This document shows positions 48,695 to 58,148 of a stretch of DNA of 64,000 nt, piece by piece (position 1 is the stretch's first letter; each line of letters opens with the position of its first letter). Origin of the DNA: a virus. The stretch is taken from IMG/VR virus record IMGVR_UViG_3300009078_000075, positions 1 through 64,000 of that record. One strand, 5' to 3'. The translations under genes were made by a program, and so were the position numbers. Below the pieces are notes generated by a model that did not search any database, had not been told where the DNA came from, and worked only from the letters and a program-made list of their open reading frames with translations.

Positions 48695-49448
48695 GGTCCA
48701 AAAAAATGAGAACTCGGGTTATAGTAGAACATAATGGGGTTCCTATTATAAAAGAATCATTTGCAATTCATGATTATCCGGATTCAATGGATAATCCCGG
48801 AAGCAGTTATTTATTGATATCCGGAGAACATCATTTAAATAGGGAAGAGGTAATCGAATTGATTACAAGGTTACAGGATTGGCTTACTTATAAAAGGTTA
48901 CAAATTCCATGATTATTTGAAGGGAGAAATAATTAAAATGACATTAATAGAACAATTGACAGAATGGGTAAAAGGGAATCCTGTTCATAATGATACTGCT
49001 AATGAATGTTGTCCTGATTTTTCTTGTTGTAGAGGAAAAGAATATATAGCCCCGTTGAAACAAAGGGAGAGGTTTCTTAAAGCTGTCCTCGAAAATGATG
49101 AAGATACCAAATATCAAATGTTAATGATGTTTTTAGGTAATGCATTCGCGGGTAAGAATGTTTATATTGCAGGGGAAAATTCTCCATCTGAAATGCATTA
49201 AATTTATTAACAATATACATAATAATATATGGAGGGATTATGAAAAGAATGATTGAAACAATGGACCAGAAAATACGTGAAGAGATGGGTGAGTATTATA
49301 TCGTATCAAAAACAAGGTTACAAAATCTTTTGGATTGTTTTGATGGTGGGGCTAAAAGGATAGTCGAATTGACAGAGATAATAAATAAACAACAAGTTGA
49401 GATCGGACGGCTTAGCAGACAATTAATTGACATTGCTAAGGAGTAAAT

Positions 49449-49643
49449 ATGAATTTAAAATTAAATATATTAAATATTGGTTTTTGTAATATATTGGCAA
49501 TTATTTTTATTACACTTAAGTTAATCGGTAAAATAACCTGGTCCTGGTGGTGGGTTTTGTCCCCGTTATGGATTCCATTTTCTATTGTTTTTATATTGTC
49601 TATTTTTTATGTATTGATTATTATCATAGAAGGTATTGATTAA
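49449..49643 (+). CDS. Small membrane protein
   Basis: FITLKLIGKITWSWWWVLSPLWIP. Confidence 0.65.
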   Translation: MNLKLNILNIGFCNILAIIFITLKLIGKITWSWWWVLSPLWIPFSIVFILSIFYVLIIIIEGID

Positions 49644-49646
49644 TAT

Positions 49647-50153
49647 ATGAAAAATCTTTCGTATAAACAATATCGTAAGTTATCTCCTGAGGCTATTGTA
49701 AATCGAATAAAAATTAGATACCCCGTTGAAAAAAGGAATATAATATGGTGGGATTATATAACAGCACTTCGGGGACCCGATGTTGATAATGAGCCTTTAA
49801 AGAAATTATTTACATGTTTTCTTCGAGGTTCTTTTGGTTTGTATACAAAACAATGTAACTATTTTGGTATATTCTTTTTTGAGTCTTTTGTTTTTAGACG
49901 TGCAAAAAAATATGGAGATCGAACATTAAATGATACATTTTGTTATACATTTATTGATTCAAATGACCATTGGAGGGCTCATATGTGTTGTGCATTACAA
50001 GCAACTGTTTGTCTTGGCCCCGAGATTGAAGAAATTGCATTAACTTTGTATACGTGTTTAAAAGAGAAAAAAGTAACGGTAGGAGATATTTTGAAGCTTT
50101 CAGAATTATTAAAGAAATACATTCCTGATTCTGATTTATATTTATTTGACTAA
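49647..50153 (+). CDS. Hypothetical protein, paralog of 47417..47869
   Basis: See paralog. Confidence 0.7.
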   Translation: MKNLSYKQYRKLSPEAIVNRIKIRYPVEKRNIIWWDYITALRGPDVDNEPLKKLFTCFLRGSFGLYTKQCNYFGIFFFESFVFRRAKKYGDRTLNDTFCYTFIDSNDHWRAHMCCALQATVCLGPEIEEIALTLYTCLKEKKVTVGDILKLSELLKKYIPDSDLYLFD

Positions 50154-50340
50154 ATTAAAGTAATTTTCAGGGGAAAATGGGGTAGGACTTTTATTGGTTT
50201 CTTGTTTTTTAAACGTATAAGTTAGTTAAAAGGTAAAAATTCAGTAGAAAATAAAAAACCGAATATAATAGTATTTAAAATAAAAATAGTTGTGTTTTTT
50301 CATATTATATATCCGATTTTGATAGAAAGGAATAAAGAAA

Positions 50341-50619
50341 ATGGAATATAAAAGGTTTTTTTCTTTTGATTTAGTAGAATGGGAATCACAGGCCGGGGGC
50401 CATTGGACAAACAAAAAGGGGGTTGTTGTAGGAATTGTCCCGAAGAATACACATCCTTCTTCATTAAATTTCCCCGCACTCCGTACTGATGTATATTCAG
50501 ATAGAAATCATGAAAGTTATATTGTGCGGGTGAAAGTGGGGAAAACTCAATATCGTGATTACTGGCCCCGAGTATCGGCATTAAGATGGATTCAGGGGAT
50601 TGAAATAATATCGTTGTGA
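50341..50619 (+). CDS. Hypothetical phage protein
   Basis: V.WESQAGG...KKG.VV...RNHESYIV...YWPRVSAL. Confidence 0.6.
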   Translation: MEYKRFFSFDLVEWESQAGGHWTNKKGVVVGIVPKNTHPSSLNFPALRTDVYSDRNHESYIVRVKVGKTQYRDYWPRVSALRWIQGIEIISL

Positions 50620-50633
50620 AGTGAAGTAATAAC

Positions 50634-50660
50634 CGATAATTGTCGATATATATAATAGAG
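50634..50660 (+). promoter_or_regulatory. Repeated promoter class A (variant spacing)
   Basis: CGATATATATAATAGAG at 50644 with upstream CGAT at 50634. Confidence 0.7.
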
Positions 50661-51199
50661 GGGAATAACAACTTTTAACATAGGGGGGGACAATGAATAA
50701 ATATATGCTTTCTGGAATTGAAGGCCCATTTAAGATCAGGAAAGATAATTATATAGCAAGAATATTGTCCGAGCGTGGGAAAAGTGTTGTTTATATTTTA
50801 TCTATTTTATTGATTTTTATAAATATGTCTTTAATTTTATGGCATTTATGTTTATTTACAAAAATTGGTACCATTATAAAAGATTCTGATTTTGTTAAAT
50901 CGATTCATATTGAATCAATGAATACAGTTATTATACATTCATTACCCGGATATAGTGATGAAGATATAAAATTTGAAGTGGAAAAAATTTTATATAGTTA
51001 TAACTATATGGACCCGGTGGCAATAATAATTGGATACGATGTTATTGTCACATCCGGGATTCCTAATGATATTGAAAATTACCCAATGCCTGATACTGGT
51101 AAAAAGAAACATAAAGATTATTCTGGAAGAAGACGGATATGATAATTATTTTTATTTTTGTTTTTCTTATTCTTTTAATTACATTTAAGTGAGGGGTAT

Positions 51200-51733
51200 A
51201 TGGAATTTATTGGGTTTCCAAAAATTGCAAGGATTAGTCGAGAAGTAATTGTAACGGAAATGATTGATGGAACAAATGTACAAATTTATATAACAGAAGA
51301 TGGCGAATTTTATACGGGATCAAAATCCCGATGGATTACCCCTGAAAATGATAATGCCGGGTTTTCTCGATGGGCCTATGAACACAAATCAGACCTTTTA
51401 ACCCTTGGCCCTGGGAGGCATTTTGGTGAATGGTGGGGATCAGGGATTCAAAGGGCATATGGGTTAAGTAAAGGGGATAAAAGGTTTTCCCTTTTTAATG
51501 TTTCCCGGTGGGGGATGGAACGGCCCCTTTGTTGTGAGGTTGTTCCTGTGTTGTGGGAGGGTAATTTTGATGATTTAAATGTAAATCAGATAATGAATAT
51601 ACTTTCCTTTCATGGTAGTGTTGCTGTTCCTGGTTTTATGCGGCCAGAGGGGATCGTTATATATCATACTGCTGCCAATATGTGTTTTAAGAAAACATTT
51701 GAGAAAGATGGGACAGGAAAGTGGGAAAAATAA
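51200..51733 (+). CDS. RNA ligase-like nucleotidyltransferase with Lys-to-Met in motif I
   Basis: FPKIAR, TEMIDGTN (expected TEKxDGTN), GEWWG, PEGIV, FKK. Confidence 0.75.
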   Translation: MEFIGFPKIARISREVIVTEMIDGTNVQIYITEDGEFYTGSKSRWITPENDNAGFSRWAYEHKSDLLTLGPGRHFGEWWGSGIQRAYGLSKGDKRFSLFNVSRWGMERPLCCEVVPVLWEGNFDDLNVNQIMNILSFHGSVAVPGFMRPEGIVIYHTAANMCFKKTFEKDGTGKWEK

Positions 51734-51759
51734 AGAGGATAATACATAATATATTTGAA

Positions 51760-51984
51760 GGTGATGGCGCCAAAATCACCGAGAGGAGGTCGGCAGGGGT
51801 AATGAGGTTATATTTTCCCGAGTCCCTTCTCTTACTTGTTTTTTGATGGGATGCACGGTTGTTATTTCGTTGATTCGATCGGGATGTCTTATTAAAGGCC
51901 AGTGGCTATTTTGCCATGAAGTGTTTGATATAATAAAGGGCCTTATCGTTCCGTTCATTTCAAGGGATATTTCGTGCATCCCAT
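51760..51984 (+). ncRNA. Putative structured RNA(s) behind a TACATAATA motif
   Basis: Relatively GC-rich; hairpin GGTGAT/ATCACC and 12-bp stem ATGGGATGCACG(51846)/CGTGCATCCCAT(51973). Confidence 0.45.
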
Positions 51985-52099
51985 TATTTATTATTTTTAG
52001 AAAGGAATAAAAATGGACCTTGATCAAGCTATTCAGATTCTTGTTATTCTTGCAATGATCAATTTGTGTTTAATGTTTATTTGTTATATATTTTAATAT

Positions 52100-52534
52100 A
52101 TGAAAAAATTACTGATATTCCTTTTTCTTCTTATTCCTGTTTCTTCTTTTGCTGTTCAAAATAAAATCATGGTGGGAAAATCATTTGAAAAATACAATTA
52201 TTATGGGTATCAATTACAGGGGGATCATTTATTTACTCAGTTAACAGCAATTGGGGATGGTCTTTTTCTTGGTTGGGGGATTCATTTAGATTATCGTCAA
52301 TGGACGATTGGATCATCAATTGGAAAATGGTCCCCTGGTGAGAATTCCCCTGATCTGGGATGTCCCGTTGAGTTTTTTTCATTTATTGAGTATAGATTTT
52401 CCCTTGAAATTGAGATTGATCAAAGTGTTGTTTTTTATCCTGACTTGTCTATTTCAATCGGACATATGTCAAATGCCCATTTAGAACATAAAAATCCGGG
52501 GATTAATATTATTTCACTTAATTTTTTATTTTAG
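52100..52534 (+). CDS. pagL: PagL-like lipid A 3-O-deacylase (outer-membrane beta-barrel)
   Basis: Signal peptide, HMSNA catalytic His-x-Ser, NPGIN, terminal Phe. Confidence 0.7.
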   Translation: MKKLLIFLFLLIPVSSFAVQNKIMVGKSFEKYNYYGYQLQGDHLFTQLTAIGDGLFLGWGIHLDYRQWTIGSSIGKWSPGENSPDLGCPVEFFSFIEYRFSLEIEIDQSVVFYPDLSISIGHMSNAHLEHKNPGINIISLNFLF

Positions 52535-53049
52535 GGGGTGAACATGCTTGATCTTAGTGATGAGAAAATGACATTGGAGGAGGTTTTAAAAAAAATACGT
52601 GATTTAGAATTGAAAATATCCGAATTAATTATTGATAATATTGGAGAAATTAAACTTCCTCATAATTTAACAATAGATAATGAAATAGTAATTCCGATTT
52701 TTGAACAAATGGTATACGGAGAAAGAATATTTGTTCCGGGGATATGTCAAATTAATATAGAGATAAAGAGGTAAATATATGTTAAAAGGGAATACCGTTC
52801 AATTTATTCTTGAATCGAGAATGTGTACTCAAATAGATTCAGTTCCAGAAAAAAAAGAAGAATGGGTTTTAAAATGTAAAATGGGAGATTGTTCTTTTTG
52901 GTGTTTTAAAGTATATGAAGATTATCCAAGTGAGGGGACAATAAAAAGGGATATACAATTAATAATGAAGTCCTTTGAATTTTATCATAAGCATTTGGAA
53001 ATTCCTGAATTTTCACTTCAACCTATTGTATATTTTTTGGAGTAAAAAA

Positions 53050-53298
53050 ATGTCTACACAAAGAACCATTGTAGTGAAGCAGATTATTATATTGGCAGAT
53101 GGGGGGCTTGTTGTTAATCGGTTTTGTGGGGGGAAACGGTCAATATTTTGTAAACAAAATCCATTTACCCCTTGTGGGGATTGGTGTCAAGATTTTGAAG
53201 TTGAGTATGGGAAAAGGGTCCGTTTGTGTTCTCGGGTTTTTGAAGTGAAAGAAGGTGGACTTTTTGATCTAAGGAAAAATGAAAATCCAGATGGTTAA
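53050..53298 (+). CDS. Cys-rich hypothetical protein, paralog of 53725..53982
   Basis: VK...I...G.L...CK....TPCG.WC.DF...LC...DLRK. Confidence 0.6.
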   Translation: MSTQRTIVVKQIIILADGGLVVNRFCGGKRSIFCKQNPFTPCGDWCQDFEVEYGKRVRLCSRVFEVKEGGLFDLRKNENPDG

Positions 53299-53403
53299 TA
53301 CATAATATTAGTATAAGGTTAATCGAAGGGGGAAGGGGAATTTTAAACGGTCGTGAGTTTCCTTTCCCTCCTTTTTTATAAAATTATAAGAGGAGACAAC
53401 AAT

Positions 53404-53709
53404 ATGAATTACTATTCAAAGGCAATTGAAATTTTAAATGGGAAGAATGAAATAACCGATAATGAACTTTTAGTTGAGATTGCAAAGATATCCCCATCTG
53501 TTTTATGTAAAGCATTCCATATTATTGTAAAAAGGAATACTCAACAAGAGGCAGAAGAAAGGATTTCTGAATTGGCCCCCATTATTGTATTATTGAAAGC
53601 AGGAAGAAAAGTAGAGGCAGTAAAGGCATATCGTGAAAAATATGGAGCCGGATTGAAAGAAGCAGTTGATGAAATTAATCTCTTGATAAAATCAATACCT
53701 TTAGAATGA
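53404..53709 (+). CDS. Protein with ribosomal L7/L12 C-terminal-like domain
   Basis: KVEAVKAYREKYGAGLKEAVDEI. Confidence 0.7.
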   Translation: MNYYSKAIEILNGKNEITDNELLVEIAKISPSVLCKAFHIIVKRNTQQEAEERISELAPIIVLLKAGRKVEAVKAYREKYGAGLKEAVDEINLLIKSIPLE

Positions 53710-53724
53710 GAATGAAGTAAAAAA

Positions 53725-53982
53725 ATGAATAATGAATTTTATGTAAAAAGGATGCTGATCTCGGGTAATGGAAATTTATATATTGATAAGGGAAAGGGGT
53801 TACGGAAACAGGAATGTAAACATTATACCCTTGGAACCCCTTGTGGTGAATATTGTCCCGATTTTTTTATTATTAATCATGAGAATCTTGGAATTGTAAC
53901 TATTCGCCTTTGTAATTCCTCTTATTGGACAGAGATAAAGCATTTTAATGATCTACGAAAAGATGGGGATGAAGAATTTTGA
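53725..53982 (+). CDS. Cys-rich hypothetical protein, paralog of 53050..53298
   Basis: See paralog. Confidence 0.6.
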   Translation: MNNEFYVKRMLISGNGNLYIDKGKGLRKQECKHYTLGTPCGEYCPDFFIINHENLGIVTIRLCNSSYWTEIKHFNDLRKDGDEEF

Positions 53983-54010
53983 ATAAAATACATAATAATA
54001 ACAGGGGGTA

Positions 54011-54247
54011 ATGATGCCACAATATGATTATAAGTGTAGTATATGTGAAAAGGAACGTATCGTGATTCATCGTATAAATGAATCCCCTGTTATCCGTTGT
54101 ATATGTGGTTCTGAGATGAAACGAATTATTAAAAAGGCCCCCGCCTTTAAAATCAATGGTTATTTTACGTCAAAGACGGGGTATAGTAAAGACCCTCAAT
54201 ATATGAAAATGGTCGAACAGAAAAGGAAAAGGGAAAGGCAAAGATGA
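54011..54247 (+). CDS. FmdB-family zinc ribbon protein
   Basis: MPQYDYKCSIC...CICG..MKRII..F...G..Y. Confidence 0.8.
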   Translation: MMPQYDYKCSICEKERIVIHRINESPVIRCICGSEMKRIIKKAPAFKINGYFTSKTGYSKDPQYMKMVEQKRKRERQR

Positions 54248-55119
54248 TTACTATTATTAAAAAATTTGTTACATCAAGTGGAAAGGAATTTGATTCGGAA
54301 GAAGCCGCATTGAAAGAAGAAAAAAATGAAATTATAGAGAAAATTGTTAATGACGTTCCAGATGAATTAATAAATGATGTTTTATCAATACTTGAAAAAA
54401 AGAATAATCAAAAATTACTATTAACAAAATTTGCTATGTTTAATAATAAAAAAGTAAGTGATAAAAAAGAAAAAGTAAGTGATAAAAAAGAAAAAGTAAG
54501 TGATAAAAAAGAAAAAGTAAGTGATAGAAAAGTAAGTAAGAAGAAAAGGAATAAAGGTCTTATATTGGGGGAGGATGCAAGAAGATATAAACAGGCACAA
54601 ATAGATAATAATGAGGAAAGAAAAAAATGTAAGGAAATGGGTTTAAAAATAAATAAAATTAAAAAAATTAGAAAACAAAAAAATGTTCCAGTGGATATGT
54701 TATTAATTAACCTTGTTGAGGAACAGACTAAAGAACTTATATTAAAAATACAAATCAGGGAAATTAAGAATCGTAGAAAAGAAAATGGAATTTGTGCAAG
54801 ATGTGGAAAATGTTATTCAATGGCTCATGTTTATAATATGGCATTAGAACATATAATAAAGGGTGAATTAGATTGGTGTCTTCCGGAACAATGGGAAGAT
54901 GAAAAAATAGCGGTGGATTGTTTAGAATGTGAGATTAATAGAATTATATCATTTGATCCTGAGGATTATGAAAAAGCAAAAAGAGATCCTGTTTATAATA
55001 TGAAAAGATTGGAAAAGTTAAGTAATATAAAAAGAATTTTTGATCTTTCTCCTGCTAAAAATTTAACAGGTTCCCCTACACCCAAAGAATTATTAAAAGT
55101 AAAATTTGAAAAGGAATGA
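54244..55119 (+). CDS. Hypothetical Lys-rich protein with KVSDKKE tandem repeats
   Basis: 21-nt tandem repeat at about 54451-54525; CARC/CLEC pairs. Confidence 0.6.
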   Translation: MITIIKKFVTSSGKEFDSEEAALKEEKNEIIEKIVNDVPDELINDVLSILEKKNNQKLLLTKFAMFNNKKVSDKKEKVSDKKEKVSDKKEKVSDRKVSKKKRNKGLILGEDARRYKQAQIDNNEERKKCKEMGLKINKIKKIRKQKNVPVDMLLINLVEEQTKELILKIQIREIKNRRKENGICARCGKCYSMAHVYNMALEHIIKGELDWCLPEQWEDEKIAVDCLECEINRIISFDPEDYEKAKRDPVYNMKRLEKLSNIKRIFDLSPAKNLTGSPTPKELLKVKFEKE

Positions 55120-55131
55120 AAGGCAAAGAGG

Positions 55132-55785
55132 ATGAATTATATTGATGAGTTTTACAAGCTGAATTGTTCTCGGGATGTGCTTGCCGTCACCGGGGATCTG
55201 GGAAAAAAGACGGGGAAAGAAATTACGGAAGCAATGGCGATAAAACGGCAAATAAAAAAGATTCTGTTTGTAAGGGGGAAAAGGCAAATTCAAAGGGGAT
55301 GTGGCGTGGTAGATTTGTGCACTGGAAAGGCCTTGATCCCGGTACTAACTGCTCATTTATTCCCAATGCTTACAATTTCAATCGGGGTGGATATAAGGGA
55401 GCCCCTTTTAGATTTTAATACAGGGATCAAGAAATTTATTTACTTTAAAAAGGATATATATAGTGATTTGGTTTTTGATAATTATATCCGATATAATTAT
55501 AATGATTACATTTTGACTTGTTGCCATGGTTGTGGTGATTTGTCAACAAGGGTGATTGATATATTTTGTAGGTACAATAAATTTAAGCACCTGGTGTTAA
55601 TGCCGTGTTGCCGGGGGAATCAGGATAGGCATTTACCTGCATTTATAAAGAAAAAGATTGGAAGTTACATCGATTGGTGTTATTATTTGTATGAGCGGAT
55701 ACGGGTAGTTACATTAGATGTAAAGATGATTCAAGATTCAAATTGTCTTTCTCCCTGTAATGTGTTGATAGTGGCAAATAAATAA
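55132..55785 (+). CDS. SAM-dependent methyltransferase domain protein
   Basis: VVDLCTGKA, HGCGDLS, LMPCC. Confidence 0.75.
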   Translation: MNYIDEFYKLNCSRDVLAVTGDLGKKTGKEITEAMAIKRQIKKILFVRGKRQIQRGCGVVDLCTGKALIPVLTAHLFPMLTISIGVDIREPLLDFNTGIKKFIYFKKDIYSDLVFDNYIRYNYNDYILTCCHGCGDLSTRVIDIFCRYNKFKHLVLMPCCRGNQDRHLPAFIKKKIGSYIDWCYYLYERIRVVTLDVKMIQDSNCLSPCNVLIVANK

Positions 55786-56132
55786 ACGAAATACATAATA
55801 ATATAGAAGGAGAAAATAAATATGAGTTTAATCGTTTGGTTTATTCTTCAAATTATTGAGCTGGTAAAAGAAGAGGAACGTCAATTTTGGAAGGATGAGG
55901 GTTTCTCATTGGTTCCTATTTTTAAGAAAAAAGGGAAGTGGTATTTTTGGGATGAAATTTGGGCAGATTTTTATGGCCCTTTTGATACAAAACGGGAAGT
56001 GATAAAAGCGTTAAAGGATTATTGTTTTATTTTAGATATGGATATAAGAAAAAGCATTGAAGCAAATAAGGGGACTGTTTGGGCTGAGATTCAAAAAGGA
56101 ATTGCCTGTTCTTTTAAGGGGGAACATTATTT

Positions 56133-57005
56133 ATGATTATTTTTAATCATAAGGGGTTATCATGGTATCAAGATCCCGTGTTTGAATGTGTCCGTAAGTA
56201 CAATCCGAATGAGGATATTGTATTAATCGGGGATAACACAAATAAATACCTTGCTGATAAATATCATTTTATTTTTGCTCATAGGGATTGTCTTGATTAT
56301 TCTGACCGGTATAGGGGATTTTTAAGTAATGTTCAAATTATTGGAACAGTAAAGGGGGAAATAGGCATAAGGACAACCCTTGAAAGCCGTTTGAGATGGT
56401 TTAGAATATATACTTTTATGAAATCAAACGGGGTTAAGGATGCTTGGTATTTTGATAGTGATGTCCTGGTGTATCAGAATTTAAAAATGATCGAAGAAAA
56501 ATATAATGCCTTGCCCTATTGGATTATTGACACAATTTCCGGTAGTAGCACCCGAATAAATGATATTGATTACCTTAATGAGTTATGTGATACAATATAT
56601 CTGCTTCATTTGGACCCTAAATTTACATATAATCAAAGATTGCAGGTCCTTCAAAGGATTAATGATGGGAAGCAATACAATTTCTGTGATATGACTTGTA
56701 TCGATCAATTTCGAAAGAATAACAGTGGAAGTATAGGGGATTTATCCAATATATTAAATGGATGTACCTTTGATCCTAATATAAATAATCTTGAAATAAA
56801 TATGAAACCCTCACCATATCGTTTTTCACAAGTAATTTCAGATCGAGGACAGCCGAGAAAGAAAATAATGATGTCAAAAGACGATATGGGGAAATACCCC
56901 TATGGGTTTGATGAGATCAGTCAGCAAAATATACGGTTGTATACACTTAATATGAGCTGGCTCCCTCCACAGGAATTTAGTCGAATTTATAATAGTGATA
57001 CATAA
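56133..57005 (+). CDS. Putative glycosyltransferase (GT-A)
   Basis: IVLIGD, RWF..Y.FM, YFDSDVL, CDMT. Confidence 0.6.
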   Translation: MIIFNHKGLSWYQDPVFECVRKYNPNEDIVLIGDNTNKYLADKYHFIFAHRDCLDYSDRYRGFLSNVQIIGTVKGEIGIRTTLESRLRWFRIYTFMKSNGVKDAWYFDSDVLVYQNLKMIEEKYNALPYWIIDTISGSSTRINDIDYLNELCDTIYLLHLDPKFTYNQRLQVLQRINDGKQYNFCDMTCIDQFRKNNSGSIGDLSNILNGCTFDPNINNLEINMKPSPYRFSQVISDRGQPRKKIMMSKDDMGKYPYGFDEISQQNIRLYTLNMSWLPPQEFSRIYNSDT

Positions 57006-57016
57006 TATAAATAGAG

Positions 57017-57427
57017 GTGACAATGATTCCCGTATACCAATTGATTAATTCTCTTAGTAAGGGTGATTGTTTTCGGGCGTGTGTAGCTTCAATTTTAGAG
57101 CTTCCCATTGAAGAGGTCCCTAATTTTATGGAAGACGGGGAAGATAAATTTAATGATCATATTGTAGATTGGATAAAGGATAGAACTTTTACTATTCGAT
57201 ATGTTGAGATTAATAATGACGATGATCAGAAGGAATTTGAACAAACAACAAAGGATCATTATGTGATTGCTATTGGTCAAAACGCTTTTTGTTATCACGC
57301 AGTGGTTTGGAGGAATGGGAAAATTGTACATGATCCGAATCCAAATGGAAGGTATTTTCCTTTTTTAGAAAAGCCAACTGCATTTGTTTATTTTGAACAT
57401 AAGGGGACCGGGGAAATTTTATTTTAG
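57017..57427 (+). CDS. Papain-fold / peptidase C39-like protein
   Basis: GDCFRACVASILEL...HAVV...HDP (Cys-His-Asp). Confidence 0.55.
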   Translation: MTMIPVYQLINSLSKGDCFRACVASILELPIEEVPNFMEDGEDKFNDHIVDWIKDRTFTIRYVEINNDDDQKEFEQTTKDHYVIAIGQNAFCYHAVVWRNGKIVHDPNPNGRYFPFLEKPTAFVYFEHKGTGEILF

Positions 57428-57647
57428 AGGAGGGGGATATATGGTTACCGATCACGACCGAGATATGATTTGCTATTTTTTGAAAGAAAAAGGTGATATT
57501 ACTCGGTGGGGGGAATGGGAAGAACGTAAAGCTGATATTGAGAAGGAATACCCCGAGTTAATTGATGCATTGAATAGGCTTATAATTGCAGAAAGAACTC
57601 TTAAAGCAATAGTTGATATGATTGGAAACGATTGTGTTTATTAATTA

Positions 57648-57855
57648 TTTCACATAATTACATCCCTTTTCACATTCCTTTTCTTTTTTCTTATACTATT
57701 ACATAAAAAGAGGTATCATTTTTATTGATACCTCTTTCTTTTTCCTGTGCATATTTCTTGCATTTATATGAATTGACCGATCAAAAAGGTAATATATGCC
57801 GATATATATAATAGAGAGGGAAATAAAGAAACCCTAACATAGGAGAAAGATAATG
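57648..57855 (+). repeat. 208-bp imperfect direct repeat, copy 2, containing terminator-like hairpin, promoter class A and RBS
   Basis: Collinear with 27832..28039; hairpin AAAGAGGTATCA/TGATACCTCTTT followed by a T-tract. Confidence 0.85.
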
Positions 57856-58050
57856 AGATTGTTCATATCAAAAATTAACGGTAGTGAGAATTTATTAATT
57901 GAAGCAGCTGTATTTAGTAATGGTGTTACTGATGAAATACTTGAAGAGTTGGCTCCTGGTGAAATGATTTTTGGCGTATCATTTGAAGAAATCTTGGAAC
58001 TTGTCGAAGCGGAGGATTATAAGGGGTATATAGAGATTGATGTAAATTGA
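57853..58050 (+). CDS. Paralog of candidate immunity protein 21630..21818
   Basis: M.LFISK...NL...A.......I..EL.P.E.IF..S..EI....E..DYKGYIEI. Confidence 0.75.
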   Translation: MRLFISKINGSENLLIEAAVFSNGVTDEILEELAPGEMIFGVSFEEILELVEAEDYKGYIEIDVN

Positions 58051-58065
58051 TTTAATATAATTAAC

Positions 58066-58104
58066 CGATCAAAAAGGTAATATATGCCGATATATATAAT
58101 AGAG
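58066..58104 (+). promoter_or_regulatory. Repeated promoter class A
   Basis: CGAT-N18-CGATATATATAATAGAG. Confidence 0.75.
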
Positions 58105-58148
58105 ATGAATTTAATGTAATCTTTTAAAATCAACATAAAGGGGATATT

